Assembly (NCBI GenBank): GCA_951406725.2
Contig: OX597820.1
Span: forward strand, 21,452,001-21,516,000
Reading direction: 5' to 3'
Origin: Octopus vulgaris
Taxonomy: Eukaryota
DNA length: 64,000 nt
Below, piece by piece: positions 13,397-26,546 of the stretch. The position numbers and the translations under genes are program-made. Each line of letters starts with the position of its first letter. Positions within the stretch are counted from its first letter, which is position 1. The notes under the pieces are model-generated. The model saw only the letters and a list, made by a program, of their open reading frames with translations. It was not told the origin of the DNA and made no database searches.

Positions 13397-13940
13397 ATAT
13401 AATAGCCATTTATGCATCATAATTAATGTAAATATATCATTGAAAAGTAAATTTACAGTGGTATTCGTCCAGAGGTAGCATCTATTATGGAAGTGCTGTG
13501 TTTGTTTAAAAACGCAATTACATTAGATGGAGATCAAAGACATCCTTGATTGTAGTATACTGTTCCCATGAGAACATTTTTCTTTTATTATTCAATGATA
13601 CAAAGAGAAAATCCAGTGAAATTACACCATAAACAAAATATATCGACAGAATTAAACAAATAATGTTGAAGATATGAAAACAGTAAACAAGAGAGGAGTG
13701 AAATGTATGTGAATATATGCAAAATAACATTCTCAAATATAATGATGATTCTTAAATATATAGAAATCATTCTGTTTTTATTAAAATTATTATTGAAAAC
13801 TTAGCTCTATTATTTAGATACATATTTATTTGTTTAAAGAACTAACATGGTTTTATCATTTGTATTGAAATTTTTCGTTTAGCATTTCGTGAAAATTTAG
13901 GCTAAATACTTTTGAATTTTAATAATATATATATATATAT

Positions 13941-14196
13941 AGCAAGTATAGATGGGCTGGACACGTCGCCCGGCTCACCGATAATCGGTGGACGCACGCA
14001 GTTATCGAGTGGTACCCGCGTGAGCGAAAAAGACCACCCGGAAGACCTCCACGACGGTGGAGTGACGATTTCAAGAGGACGATTGGGATCACATGGATGA
14101 GAAAGGCGCGATCCAGAGAGGAGTGAACAGTGTGCTGTGACCAGCGGTGTCAAATGGACGCCTGACGGACTGGTCGGTCAAAGTGATCAAAGTGAT
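13941..14196 (+). mobile_element. RTE-clade LINE 3' end inserted in (TA)n
   Basis: Frame not in the ORF track: RWAGHVARLTDNRWTHAVIEWYPRERKRPPGRPPRRWSDDFKRTIGITWMRKARSREE*, a typical RTE ORF C-terminus. Tail repeat caaagtgat x2. Confidence 0.82.
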
Positions 14197-15559
14197 ATAT
14201 GTATACATATATACATAAATATGTGTGTATATGTGTGTGTGTGTGTACATATATATATATATGTATATGTGTGTGTATATATTTATATATGTGTGTATGT
14301 ATAGATACATACACACACACACACACACACACACACGTGTGTGTGTAATATATATAGCTCAATTCTTATAATTAGTTGATTTTATGCATCAACTTTTTAC
14401 AATGTGTTACTTGATAAAAGTAGTTTCCTCACATTTACATACTTATCTTAACACAATTTTCAATATGTTTTAAATTATTTTTATAAAGAAATGCATATTT
14501 TACTTTGAGAATGGAATGACTTGAAAATAACTTCATATATATTTTATTTGCATATACTGACAAAATTTATTTGCATTTATAAGAAATCTTTTACATTTAC
14601 TTTCTAAGTTTTCCAGTCCCTTATTGACTGATTGCTTTTGGAGATGCTATATATATATACAGATGTATATTTTTCTGTAAGCAAGTGTTGTGTTAATTAG
14701 TTGTTTTAACTTTCGTTATTAACATACCATTTGTTTTTAAACAAAATTTTATAAAGTTGATTTGTAGTTTTTAGCAGCTGGTATCATTTTGTAATGCTTT
14801 TAACATACTACAAAAATTCATTTGTCATTAAACATTTAAACTGTATTTCTATTTCTATATATTTAAAATATTAAAGATAAATATTAATCATATAAGTCAA
14901 TAAGCAAACTATACATAATAAATTGCAGCTGAATATATACTAAAGTCTATTAAAATCTTTTAAAATTTTCAAATTCAATTCCCTGAAATGTGTCATCGGT
15001 TGTAAACTTCATATATAAATGATCCTTGAAGTACTTTAAAAAATCAGTATGATTTCATCGGGTCATGCATTTCAAAAAGGTCTCTTAGACTGTATGCATT
15101 TATATATTATTTAGGTATCTATAAATATTTGTATGAGTTGCATGCATGTGATATAGTTTACATTATATTATGTTCTATGTATATATAACACCCTTTCACT
15201 GCATATCCATGCATCATGAAATTTGTGTGTGTGTGTGTGACTGTTTACTTTTGTATTTATGTGCATATGTAAGAAAGTTGGAGAGAGAGAGAGAGAGACA
15301 TGCTATGTGCATTATAGATATTTATTATCACAATCCAGAGAATTCTTATTGATTGCTCTTACTTATATATAAATGAGATTATATTAGATTTTTTTCATAT
15401 CTTAATTTACATTATTTTTGTCTAATTTATCATAGACTTTCTAACAGTTTTGTTTAAACCTATTTACAAATTCAAATATTTTTGTTCCTTGTTAATCTAT
15501 TTTTCAGTTTCAAAATAAAGTTTTATATACTATACATCTTGAGTTTATGTTTCACCTTA

Positions 15560-17030
15560 ATACTAAGAAAACGAAAGAAGATTCTTGTGAGCTGGCGAAA
15601 ATTTTGTTTATGAAGATATATGTTACTAAGAGATATTCAAGTATTTTGCAGTCTTTGCCAATGAAAAAGTGAATGTGTTACTCAGAAGAAAGATTGGAGA
15701 GCCACACTGAAAGAGCTATTTCAACTTTGTAGAATTGATTCCTATGAATGGCATTCTCTATCCAGATCAGAGTGAGTAGGGATATAGTGTAGGGGTTCTA
15801 GCTAGTAGATTTCAGTTTCTCCAACCAGCTCCTATTAGAATGGAAATCCAGCTTCATCCTCTTTAAATAATATCATTAGAAGTAACATAGAGAGAGAAGT
15901 TGTCAATGCTGAGGTGGCATGATAATAGTTGGAGTCTGAAGATCTCTACTGTAGACACATAATAGTATTTGTGCTAGTAACAAATCTAAGTCCAAACCTA
16001 AGTTAAACATCAATTTTGAGAAAGCAGTTATCTAATTGACTACCAATAACCTCAAGGGAAATAACATTCAGGAAGCATGAAGCAAGGATGAAATAATCTA
16101 CCAGTCCTGATTAAGTGAAGGAACAAGGCTGTCCAAGACTTTACTTCACTGTATTACATCCCGTTTTTACTGAATTTATGCAATGTTCACAGGAATAGAG
16201 TTGAGCCCTGTCAAGATAATGTGAGTAGATTTATACATCATAATTTTGTGAGATTGGGAAGAGCCTTGCTGACGGTGGTAGAACAAGAGACTGGTCATAA
16301 TAATAATGCTGACAGTACTAATTTAACAAAGATAAAGAGTAAAGTTGCTATATCTATCAAACAGCTTGGCTTATTGCTATCCATTGTCAATATCATCAAA
16401 TTGGACATACATCCTCCACACTACATCAGATAGAATTTTCAAGTTCAATGAGGTAGGGCATCTGGCTGCAGCACAATGTGTTGTGAAAGGTATACAACAG
16501 ATTGGCAAATAAACCAGTTTGCAAAGAGGAAGGAGACTTGATATATATCAGTCAAATACTCTCTGCTCAACATGGTAAACGATCAACATAGTAAAAGATC
16601 AATGAAGAATGATGTGGACTTTCTTTCTCAGGATCACATGTATCCAATGAATTATCAATTGTATGTTCCTGGTAAGACCATCAAAGCCATTTGTTCTATA
16701 GTTGACATTTATGGCTACAGATTTGGGTCAGTTAATCGCAAGTTCAATTCTCTGCTGAATGGAGATCAAGGCAGATATTGTTAGAAGGCCCAGTGGCTGC
16801 TGTTTCATTTAAGTAACAAACATTAACAAGCATTAACGAATAATACCTCCATTAACAAAAATATGTAGACATTATTTTTGTAAAATCTTCTTTTCTGATT
16901 CCGTTCACAAGGATTTATGTTGAAAATTGGAAGTAGGTTCTTTTTTTTATAAATAGCCAATGAATTTTTGTGCCATAGTGATATTGCTTTTGATGTCAAC
17001 ATGCCCAAGACTGCCATTGTTATCTTATAC
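15560..17030 (+). mobile_element. Highly decayed non-LTR retrotransposon RT-like region
   Basis: About 1.5 kb of raised GC, with a QGCP-like motif near 16121-16135 followed by a YADD-like remnant (NADS) near 16302-16316. Many stops and frameshifts. Confidence 0.4.
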
Positions 17031-18323
17031 AGTGTCTATTTTAATGTAACTTATCAAGTTATGTTCCAAATACCAGCTTATAATAAATACGATTAAACTT
17101 TTGATTATCAAAATTAATCAAAACACATAAAATATTGTATTTCATAAAAAAATTTTGTTATAAAATGATTAAAATATCTTATATTCTTGCTAAATACCAT
17201 ATAAATACTAAAATCTAAGAAGTTTTATAAAATATTTTGCATAAAGTTTTCTGTTGAGTTTTATGTCTGTAAATTAATATGTGATATTTTTTCTCTGGTT
17301 GTTATTGAGGGAAATAATGTGTTGTGAAGTTTGATTGGGTTTTCAGCAATCACTAAGGAAGGAAGTAAACAAGAATATATAGATGAAAAAACACCACACC
17401 ACCACAAACAAAGCCATCTGGGTATATTCAAAGTTGGGTTAACTCTTAATGGAAAATCTAAATAATGCCAATGATTAACAAGCAGATTTAATTTTTCAAC
17501 TTAAATATTTATAAACTGAATGAACATAAAAGAGACATAATATTTAAGATAATAAGAATTAATTAATTTTTTCATGTTCCATTTATTTGTTATTTGTTAT
17601 TTTGTTCTTTCATGGTGTTGTACATTGGATGGACCAGAGTCACCAAATACATTTTGTCAGTATTTAAGGTTATCTTCTCTATGAAGTCCAATATTCTTTA
17701 ACCTAATCTAAGAGAAGTTATCTCAAGTTAATTTCCCTATTATGGCTATCTTTTCTCTTCAGTTGCTCACTGCATAAGTAACTGGTTCTCCATACTGTCA
17801 TACTTAGACATTTTCATTTTAAATATCCAGAGTAATAAGTCCTCACAAGACTGAATGATGCCATTAAACATATAAACTTTTAAAATCATGAAAATACATT
17901 CAAACATTATATTAGTGTGTTCTGGTACCATATACATTTTAAGCATCCTAATTCTTGTAGTTTCAACGAATTTGCTTACTTTTTATCAGATACTAATATA
18001 TGAAATTAACTGCAATTATCTATTTATTCTCTTTAATTTTATTAAGTTAAAGTTGTAGCATATAAACTAAGACACTAATGAAGGGGCCAATAAACAGTAA
18101 TTTAATTATCAGTATTAATTTATTGCTTTAGAATGCATATATTTTTGGTAAATTTACTTATTAAAATAAAATCTATAAAATTACCTGCAACAATAATCAG
18201 CAAAATTTGCTTGTATAAATCATTGACAATTGTAAAAGATTTCCACTAAGACAAGAAAGAGATTAAGAAAGTTGAAAATTGAGTATAAGGATCAATTCAA
18301 AAATTACTGTCGCTTTCATTGCT

Positions 18324-18492
18324 CAGAAACTCAATAGGTCGTCAGATACACACTGAAATATTCCCAGCATTCAGTTTGAAACTATTCCTGAATTAAAAAA
18401 ACAGTTTATAAACTGCTAGTTTTTTCTGTATTTAAGAAACTACTTCCTATATGTTTATTTGTAAAATAATAAATACGTTTAGCTAATGATTT
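18324..18492 (+). repeat. 169-bp direct repeat, copy 1
   Basis: Matches 19746-19914 with about 6 substitutions counted by eye. Confidence 0.92.
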
Positions 18493-18992
18493 GATATTAA
18501 ACTTTTCTTGATTATGATTAAATTTGTATGGATGGATTACAAAATACTTTGCTTTCATGTTAAAACATAAAGCAATTAATTTAAGTCTAAAGGATGTATG
18601 ACTTAATAAATTTTAAAATGTACAATGACATTTGGCTCTTATTTTATAATTAGAATTCTTTTTGAGCATAGAGACTCTGTGACTCTTATGCAAGGATATT
18701 TAGACTAATATATGTGCATACTGCTTTGTAACTTAATTTCATGCACATTATTATTCAGTTACTTTGTTAATACTTATTTAATATATATATATCTATCTAT
18801 ACATTGAAGATAAATACTATAAAAATATTCAAGTATAGGTATATATATATAAGTTTATATATATTCACATATGCATATAGTACTTTCATATCTTCAGTTT
18901 TCTATTATCAACTTTATTTAGTATATCGAAATATAATTAAATAGATAGATAGATAAAGAGATAGGAATTATTGTTGGGAACATAGTGTGTAC

Positions 18993-19175
18993 CTCCTTTT
19001 CTTTAATTCTATGTTGTAATGTTGGCCAATCAGGAATCACATCTGCCAAAGATGCTCGACGCATCTGTCGAGAATTGCGACGCTGGTTTTCAAGAGCCTC
19101 AAGTTTTTCGGCCGACACTTTCATGATGGGTAAGTCAGTGCTCTCAACTGACTGTCGTCGGCTGGATGAATCTTT
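18993..19175 (-). CDS. unc-22: Twitchin exon with D1-type PKA phosphorylation site
   Basis: ctacag|AAA ... GAG|gtacac, 183 nt, phase 0-0. KDSSSRRQSVESTDLPIMKVSAEKLEALENQRRNSRQMRRASLADVIPDWPTLQHRIKEKE. Resembles the Mytilus D1 peptide RRPSLVDVIPDW (recalled, not aligned). Confidence 0.92.
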
Positions 19176-19745
19176 CTGTAGTAGACAGAGCAGGGCAAAC
19201 ATAAACTCACACATGCATGATGGCATCTCAAGACACAATTGATAAGAGGAAGTTTCAACCACATTCACTGCAGAAGTTGGTTTGGTGCTGTCAAATATTT
19301 ACTGATACTTACACATAACCTAGTAACAAACTTGAGCAATGTTGAAAAAAATGTAAAAGCAAGGTGAAGGATAATTTTTCAACTTATAAAAATGGATTTT
19401 TTTCAAAATGGAAAAGGAAAGAATGAAAAAATATTAGAAAAGAAGTACATTTTTGCTGATTAAAAGATATTAATTATTTTTTTTATTACCACATATTTAT
19501 GTTAATTGTATATTTGAGTTTAAAAAAGCACTAGATATACATAAGTTTTAATTGCTAATCTAATTTAATTTCATTAATTATTAAAAGCTAAAAATATATT
19601 TTTCTATTTAATTTTCTGATTTTCATGGTAGATGCAGCAAAACAAATCCAAAGTTCTCTTTGAATTTTCAGCAATAATTTATCTATGTTGCTGATGCACA
19701 TAAACATCTTATTCTTGAGTATTACAGTTTGAGTATTAAGTCATA

Positions 19746-19914
19746 CAGAAACTCAGTAGGTCGTCAGATACACACTGAAATATTTCCAGCATTCAGTTTG
19801 AAACTATTCCTGAATCAAAAAAACAGTTTATAAACTGCTAGTTTTTTCTGTATTTAAGAAACTACTTCCTATATGTTTATTTGTAAAATAATAACTACAT
19901 TTAGCGAATGATTT
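19746..19914 (+). repeat. 169-bp direct repeat, copy 2
   Basis: Matches 18324-18492. Confidence 0.92.
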
Positions 19915-20467
19915 TAATATTTCTCCAGCCCTAGAACTTGGCACATCATTTCTGCATAAAAAGAAATGAAATGATTCTGATTAAGTTTCAAAACCAGATT
20001 GTAGATATGTGAAGCTGGGAGCTTATTTCATACTACTAAACTGATTCAAAGTGAAGAATTTTATGTATGTCTCTTCGATATATTTTGAAATACATGTGAA
20101 AATACATGTAATGCCTTCACTTTTGATTTTATAACAAATAGAAATAAATGCTTTCTGTTTTTGATATTTTGATATTGTTAAACATAATTGATTTGACTTT
20201 CATCATAATTGCAGCAGTTTTCTATTCCTTTGTTAAATTATTATTATTTTTCTTTTTGTCTTGACCATGAAGAGGAATCAGTTTTTAGAGTTTAGTATTG
20301 AAAGGGTTTATATCATATATTAAGACTGGCTGATATCTTTAAACTATGATACCCACAATGAGACTATGAATTAAATATTTAATCTGTTCAGTCTTTGGTG
20401 TTACAGATGATTTGAGATGATTTATATGATGTCCCACCTATGTCAGCATGGAAGGCGGACAATAAAC

Positions 20468-20499
<32 letters not shown>

Positions 20500-22448
20500 G
20501 TGAACAGGCTGATCACTCATTTTAAGACTGATATAGATATATTAGTAGAATTTTAAGTGAAACACTTGCTTCATTTACCTGAAACAATCATATGATTCAC
20601 TTCATCATACACAGTGGGTTAATCAAAAAGCCAGATAAATACTCATAATTCTATTTATAAATCTATTTGTATCTTAATTACATTGAGAAATGTAGATTGA
20701 CTGCATCTGAAATATTCATAGTTGCAAAAATTGTATTATTTCTCAAACAATTTTAATTATTCAGGATCTAGAATTCCTCATATGGGTAGTGGTAGATAAT
20801 AAAGTAGACTACAAAAAAAATGCATTTTTAAATTTAGGTGATATCGGCATTTATTGTCTTTATATCTGTTACTGGAAAAAGCAGGTATTAAAATAAACTA
20901 CAATGAAAAAATGTTTCAAATCTTAAATGTGATTATTTTAGGGTCTCAAGTTTTTACATAGGGATTAACAAATAGGTTTAAAGGATTCACACGCGCTCTG
21001 TCAGCTATGATCAAAAGAAAAGCAAGTGAAGGGAAGAAAAGAAGCTCAAAATTCATGCTGTGCTCTTAAAGTATGTAAGTTAAGTATATTTGGGTTGAAT
21101 CACTGGTTCCTTTAAAATGGATATGCTTAGATTTCTTTGAGGAAGATGTAGTTCACAATAGTATATCATGAATGCATATACATAAATCAAAATATAAAAT
21201 AGATTAATAAAAAAAATAAGACTAGAATATTCTAGATTTCCTGCTGAATAAAGCAAAAAATAAAGTTTGAAGATATTAAAGGGGAGAAAGAAAAATAAGT
21301 GACAAAAGCATTTCTTCGTGTTGAATATTTCTGTGGAAGGAAATCTGACATGAAAAATAGAATTAAATAATGCACCTGTGCAAAAGAGATGCTAAAAATT
21401 AAAATATACTTACTTCTTAATGAATTTATATAATCACACCTGAGATTTAATTACAATAAAGGCCTGATATTTATGCTTTACACATTGCATGATGGAATAA
21501 AAGACAGTTACAAACACACAAAAAGACAACTTGACAAACCCAGACATATTTAATGTAACACAACAAAACAAACTAAACCAATCCAAACAACAAAAAAAAA
21601 AACAGAAAAAGAAAACCACACAGTGAACACTGTATAATGTGGCAGATCTCAAATCTATTTTAGTCTAACAGTACAAAATAAACATTAATTAAAACTTATA
21701 AATTTAAAATTATATATTTTTGATAAACTTCAAAAATATATAATTTTAATTTTATAAGTAATGACAAAAGGTAAACTTAATTTATGAGAGACATCAATTG
21801 TAAAATTACAATTGATTCTCTTATTTTACTTTTGTTTTATATTCCATATTTGTATGATGTGCTACACATGTGAAAGATTGTTTATGCTACATAAACATAT
21901 CTTTAAATAATAGCTATATTAACTGTAGCACACCATACAGTAACTTAACTATAACTGTTCTTCAAAAACAGAATAGATAAGTTTGTCTGTAACTCATTTT
22001 GGCAGATACACTTATTTTTTTGTTGAGTCATGTTTCCTGTTATTTTAAAATAGCAACAAAAATTACGTTTTGTTACTGTTAGTCACTTTACAACCACACT
22101 GACAAAAGTCTTTCTAATCAACTTAAGAAACTAAGAGCAATTCAAAACCAATTTCCATTTGAAGAATTATAATACTAAAAGAAAGACTGATAAAATAAAA
22201 TTCCTCTGAATATGAGTGCAGAGTGAAAAGTGAAGGAAAGAGCAATAAATATTAACAACAGTTACTAAGAATTAAATGAAACTTAAACTATGTGATCTAA
22301 ATATTGTGGATAATATGTAAGCTAGATAGTCTGGAAAATAGCTAAAGTTGGAAAGCTGACCTGGGTAGCCAGCTTAGCTTGTCACAAATTTACTTACAAT
22401 ATTTCAATGTTACTCAATAACTATATTAACTTATTCATATTCTTTTAT

Positions 22449-22600
22449 TCTTTTACTTGCTTCAGTCATTTAGCTGTGACCATGCTGGGGCACTGCTGTT
22501 AGTTGAACAAATCGACCCCAGGATTTATTCTATCGGTCTCTTTTTGCTGAACCACCAAGTAGTGGGGATGTAAACACAGCAACATTGGTTGTCAAGTGAT
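22449..22600 (-). mobile_element. SINE family A, 3' fragment
   Basis: cttttacttgcttcagtcattt...catgctggggcactgc matches the family A tail. Confidence 0.7.
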
Positions 22601-23696
22601 AGTCCCTAAGACTGGTAGGACGAAGTTATCCCCAGACCAGAGTTCTGGTTCAAATACTAACAACATAGTGTACTCCACTAAAGTCATCTGATGTGAAATC
22701 AAAAGGTAGATTTATGTAAAATATTGATATAAAGTGATGGTGACATAAAAATAGTTAATTTTACTTAAATCTGTTACAAAAAACGATTTAGTGTATTATT
22801 AAGGATAAATTTAATAAATCATATGAACATTTTTATTAGTCATATAATTATTTATTTTCATGTTTTTAAAGGGGATAAATCAAGTTATCCAATATTCAGA
22901 ATGCCTCAATATTTTACTGAGCCAGTTAGCTATGTAGTTAGGTGGATGGATTGCCTATAGCTTAAAAGTAACATTTCAGAAGTTGTTATATATATATATA
23001 TATATATATTTCTTGACTATTTCCTTACATTCTAATATAAATAATAAGTATTATGTACATGATATTGATAATGTGCTTCAATAAAATTTTCATCAATCTT
23101 AAAATACATGAGCAATGAAATATGATGTACATAATTCTGATGAAATAGTCTATCACTCAATTCAGAGGAATTAATGGTAAAAGGAAAGAAATGATATATC
23201 AAATAGATCAAGGCAAGTACTCACCTATTCTGGAAGATAGTGTCGAATTATAAACTTAAAGTTAAACTTGCAATTTCTCAAAAATAACATTTCAGTGTAA
23301 CATTTCAGGAAGTATATATTAATGATGAAAGAAAAAAAATCAGAAAATCCTGCCTGAGAGATATTATTTTCTGTCATTTGAAAAATTAGTATTCTTGTGA
23401 ATATTATAGAAACGAAAATAATATTCTACATGAATACTAATCTAAGAGCTAATATTTCCGTTCTTCATAAAAGATTTTCAGATTTTTTTCTTTTTTTTTT
23501 AATGTTTGTTTCCTTTTCCTGAATGTTGTGTATTAAAACAACAACGTATCAACCATAGGCTTAATGATCCCAACAAACAAATTCAAAATCAATAAATATT
23601 AAGTTAGTGAACTACTCTAAATACAGACACACAACACGCGCGAGCAAGAGTCCACAGACTAGGGAAGTTTCTGCCAGAAACTTGAGTGAAACATGC

Positions 23697-23738
23697 CTTT
23701 TTCCTGTCGCCAGCCTCATCCTCATCGTCGGTGTAATC
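23697..23738 (-). CDS. unc-22: Probable 42-nt cassette exon of the twitchin linker (GC donor)
   Basis: Pyrimidine tract tttttttcctctcaaag|GAT. Reads DYTDDEDEAGDRKK. Donor AAG|gcatgt, or CAA|gtttct giving 57 nt from 23682. Both are phase 0-0, matching the neighbouring exons. Confidence 0.65.
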
Positions 23739-23956
23739 CTTTGAGAGGAAAAAAATGCACTTATCATTATAAAAGCTGTGAATGAGTTTTAAATGCTTGC
23801 GTTTCTTCATTAAGGTAATAGGAAGAAATTTAGATAATTCATACACATGGAGGACTATAATTAATGGTCCATGAATATTAAATGCTACATATTAGTAAAC
23901 ACCCAAAACCATTTGGGCTTTAACCCAATTTTCAATATTGAATGCATATGTATGTT

Positions 23957-24009
<53 letters not shown>

Positions 24010-24057
24010 CTAATATCTAAGAATTAAGGACTTAGTTTTCCACCTTTTTCTATTTAT

Positions 24058-24058
24058 A

Positions 24059-24123
<65 letters not shown>

Positions 24124-24520
24124 CAACGACAACAACGACAACAATAATAATAATAATAATGATCGTTTAACCACTGCTTTCCATGCTAGCATGGGTTGGA
24201 CGATTTGACCGACTTCTGGCAAACCAGATGGCTGAACCAGGACCCCCATCTGATCTAGCAGAGTTTCTACAGTTGGATGCCCTTCCTAACACCAGCCACT
24301 CCCAGAGTGTAGTGGGTGCTTTTACGTGCGACTGGCACAAGGGCCAGTCAGGCGGTACTGGCAACAGCCACACTCAAGTGGTGTTTTTTACATGCTATCT
24401 GCACAGGAGCCAGTCCAGCAGCACTGGCAACGACCTCGATCGAATGTTTTTCACGTGCCGCCAGCACAAGTGCCAGTAAGGCGACGCTGGTAACGATCAC
24501 ATTTGAATGGTGCTTTTTCC
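24058..24520 (-). mobile_element. Retroposon (SINE/LINE-tail type) with internal tandem subrepeats and adjacent (TAA)n tract
   Basis: GC-rich unit with repeated ccagt...ctggcaac...tgttttt modules. The terminus ccatgctagcatgggttggacg recurs as fragments at about 20430-20500, 45150-45235 and 46390-46460. Confidence 0.65.
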
Positions 24521-25127
24521 AATCATAATAATAATAATGGTTTCTACTTTATGTGCAAGGTCAGCAATTGCTGGCCTTCTTCTATAAACCCTAGTACTTG
24601 ACTGGAACTTTATTTCATTGACCTCTACCCCCAACAGGTTTAAAAGCAAAGTGATGGATTATAATAGACATTTGGATTATTACTGATATTACTTGTCATC
24701 ACATATACAATATATAACCAAATTATTTCAAACATTAATATTACAAAGTAGCCAATTTGCAAAGTAAACTAGTTTGTTTAATTTTCAGTTTGACTATTTC
24801 GTACTATAAGTAATATATTTTGTGAAATAAACTATGTCTACACGCTAATATTTTAACATTGAATAACTCTATAATAAGGATTAAATAGGGTTACAAATAA
24901 TCATTAGTCTCAAAAATAAACTTGTATCTGTATGTTTGTCGAACAACAAAGCATTTGAAATGCTTTTTGCTTATAAATAGGTGGCAACAAACTATATAGA
25001 TTCTTGTTCATATATTTCAATTTTATAAAAATTACTGATTGTGCCTCATTATGCATTAATTAATAGTCCTCCAAATGCTTACAAATTATGTTAGATAGCT
25101 ATTTTATGTGCATTCACTAACATTTGA

Positions 25128-25362
25128 TATATATATATATGAGTGTGAGTGTGTATGTATGTATATATATATATGTGTCTGTGTATATATATGTATATAT
25201 ATTTATATATATATGTATATATATATATGCATATATATTTATATATATATGTATATATATATATGCATATATATATATGTGTATATACATATATATATAC
25301 ATATATACATACACAAATATCTATATACATACTCACACACACAACATATATATATACATATG
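25128..25362. repeat. Compound (TA)n/(TG)n microsatellite
   Basis: Directly visible. Source of several spurious I/Y-rich ORFs. Confidence 0.9.
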
Positions 25363-26510
25363 TGATAGTCAAAAATTTACCAGGTTACCAGCATTGTGAT
25401 ATATTATATGAAAGTAATGTCTTGAAAGAAAAATGGTAGTATTTAGTTAGCTTGCAGCAGTAACCATAGAGGCACATTTAATGAACACATTCAAAATTGC
25501 ATATTTTTAATATTATGAATGCTTCTCATTATAGGGGATGTAACATAGAAAGGTATAAATATAAAAAAAAGTACAGTTCATATTAAACTAAATTTTAATT
25601 GAGTTGGATGGCTCTGGGATTAAGATTTGCATCTCAATCAATGTTTAAAGTAATATGAATATGAATAAGTAACATCATAAGTTTTTGATAATATTAAAGA
25701 TGTCTGTTTCTCTTAAAATCCTTTTTAAAATTCTGCAAAATAATATTATTTGATATTTTTCAAGTGTGAAAGTATTATGCCAATTTTCATGGGTTTTCTT
25801 TTATTCTATAGAAATATATTTTATCTGATTATATAAAAATATATTTTATCCAATTTTAGTTAAAATATCAGTTTTGTCAAGATATCTCTATTTAAAAGTA
25901 AAAACACAAATTGAGTTTTGATATTATATTCAGTTTGTCTTTAAATGATTCTGTGTTATGTGAGAACATATTTCAGGAGATGTTACCATTCCAAAAATAA
26001 TTATTTTACATTCCCATCAAATTTATAAATTTGTATTATGACAACATACAATTCTTACTGGTGAGAATACAGTTTCTGAAATGGATTGCTTTGGTCTATT
26101 GGTAGAATGCTGGTTATATGGACAGCCTTCAACCTTTTCTCTCCATAGGTTTTTAAACCCAAGATCTACATGCTATTATTTATACATTATTTATAGATCT
26201 AATGTTTTCCACCACCCAAATTATTTTATATTCTCTTGATGTTTATAAATTCTTATGACATCAACAATATATATATATATCATCGACTTACTGTTAACAA
26301 AAGTCAGGATGCATGCCATTCAATTACTCAATAAATGAAAAAATACATTAAATACTAAAAAATGTATACGTAGAAGACACAGAAGGACCCTAATTCTTCT
26401 TCAGTTATTAACCAAAATGTTAATACTCAGTTTCAGTGAGGGATTATCAGACCTGGCAAAATATTTCATAAGTTCTTTGTTGGCACAACAGGATAACAAT
26501 ATATGTATAC

Positions 26511-26546
<36 letters not shown>

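Noticed and set aside
19176-19270. Upstream extension of the D1 ORF and a gtgagt donor-like site at about 19210
   Set aside because: The implied intron would be about 35 nt. The extension is the polypyrimidine tract region. The UGCAUG at 19212-19217 is noted, but this hexamer is common in this genome's repeats.
21360-21470. Strong donor (gtaagt near 21413) with nearby cag acceptors
   Set aside because: The 26-nt candidate exon has an immediate stop in phase 0 and does not preserve frame; probably chance.
24010-24249. Poly-Leu ORFs (also 27942, 59081, 59542) resembling signal or transmembrane peptides
   Set aside because: They are produced by (TAA)n/(TTA)n repeats.
24320-24520. Spaced short repeats superficially like a CRISPR array
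   Set aside because: Eukaryotic context, degenerate units inside a retroposon, no unique spacers or cas genes.
25091-25439. I/Y/H/T/V/C-rich ORFs here and at about 2080-2376, 11321, 14089, 28679, 44549, 48884 and 57034-58042
   Set aside because: These are translations of TA/CA/TG microsatellites, not genes.
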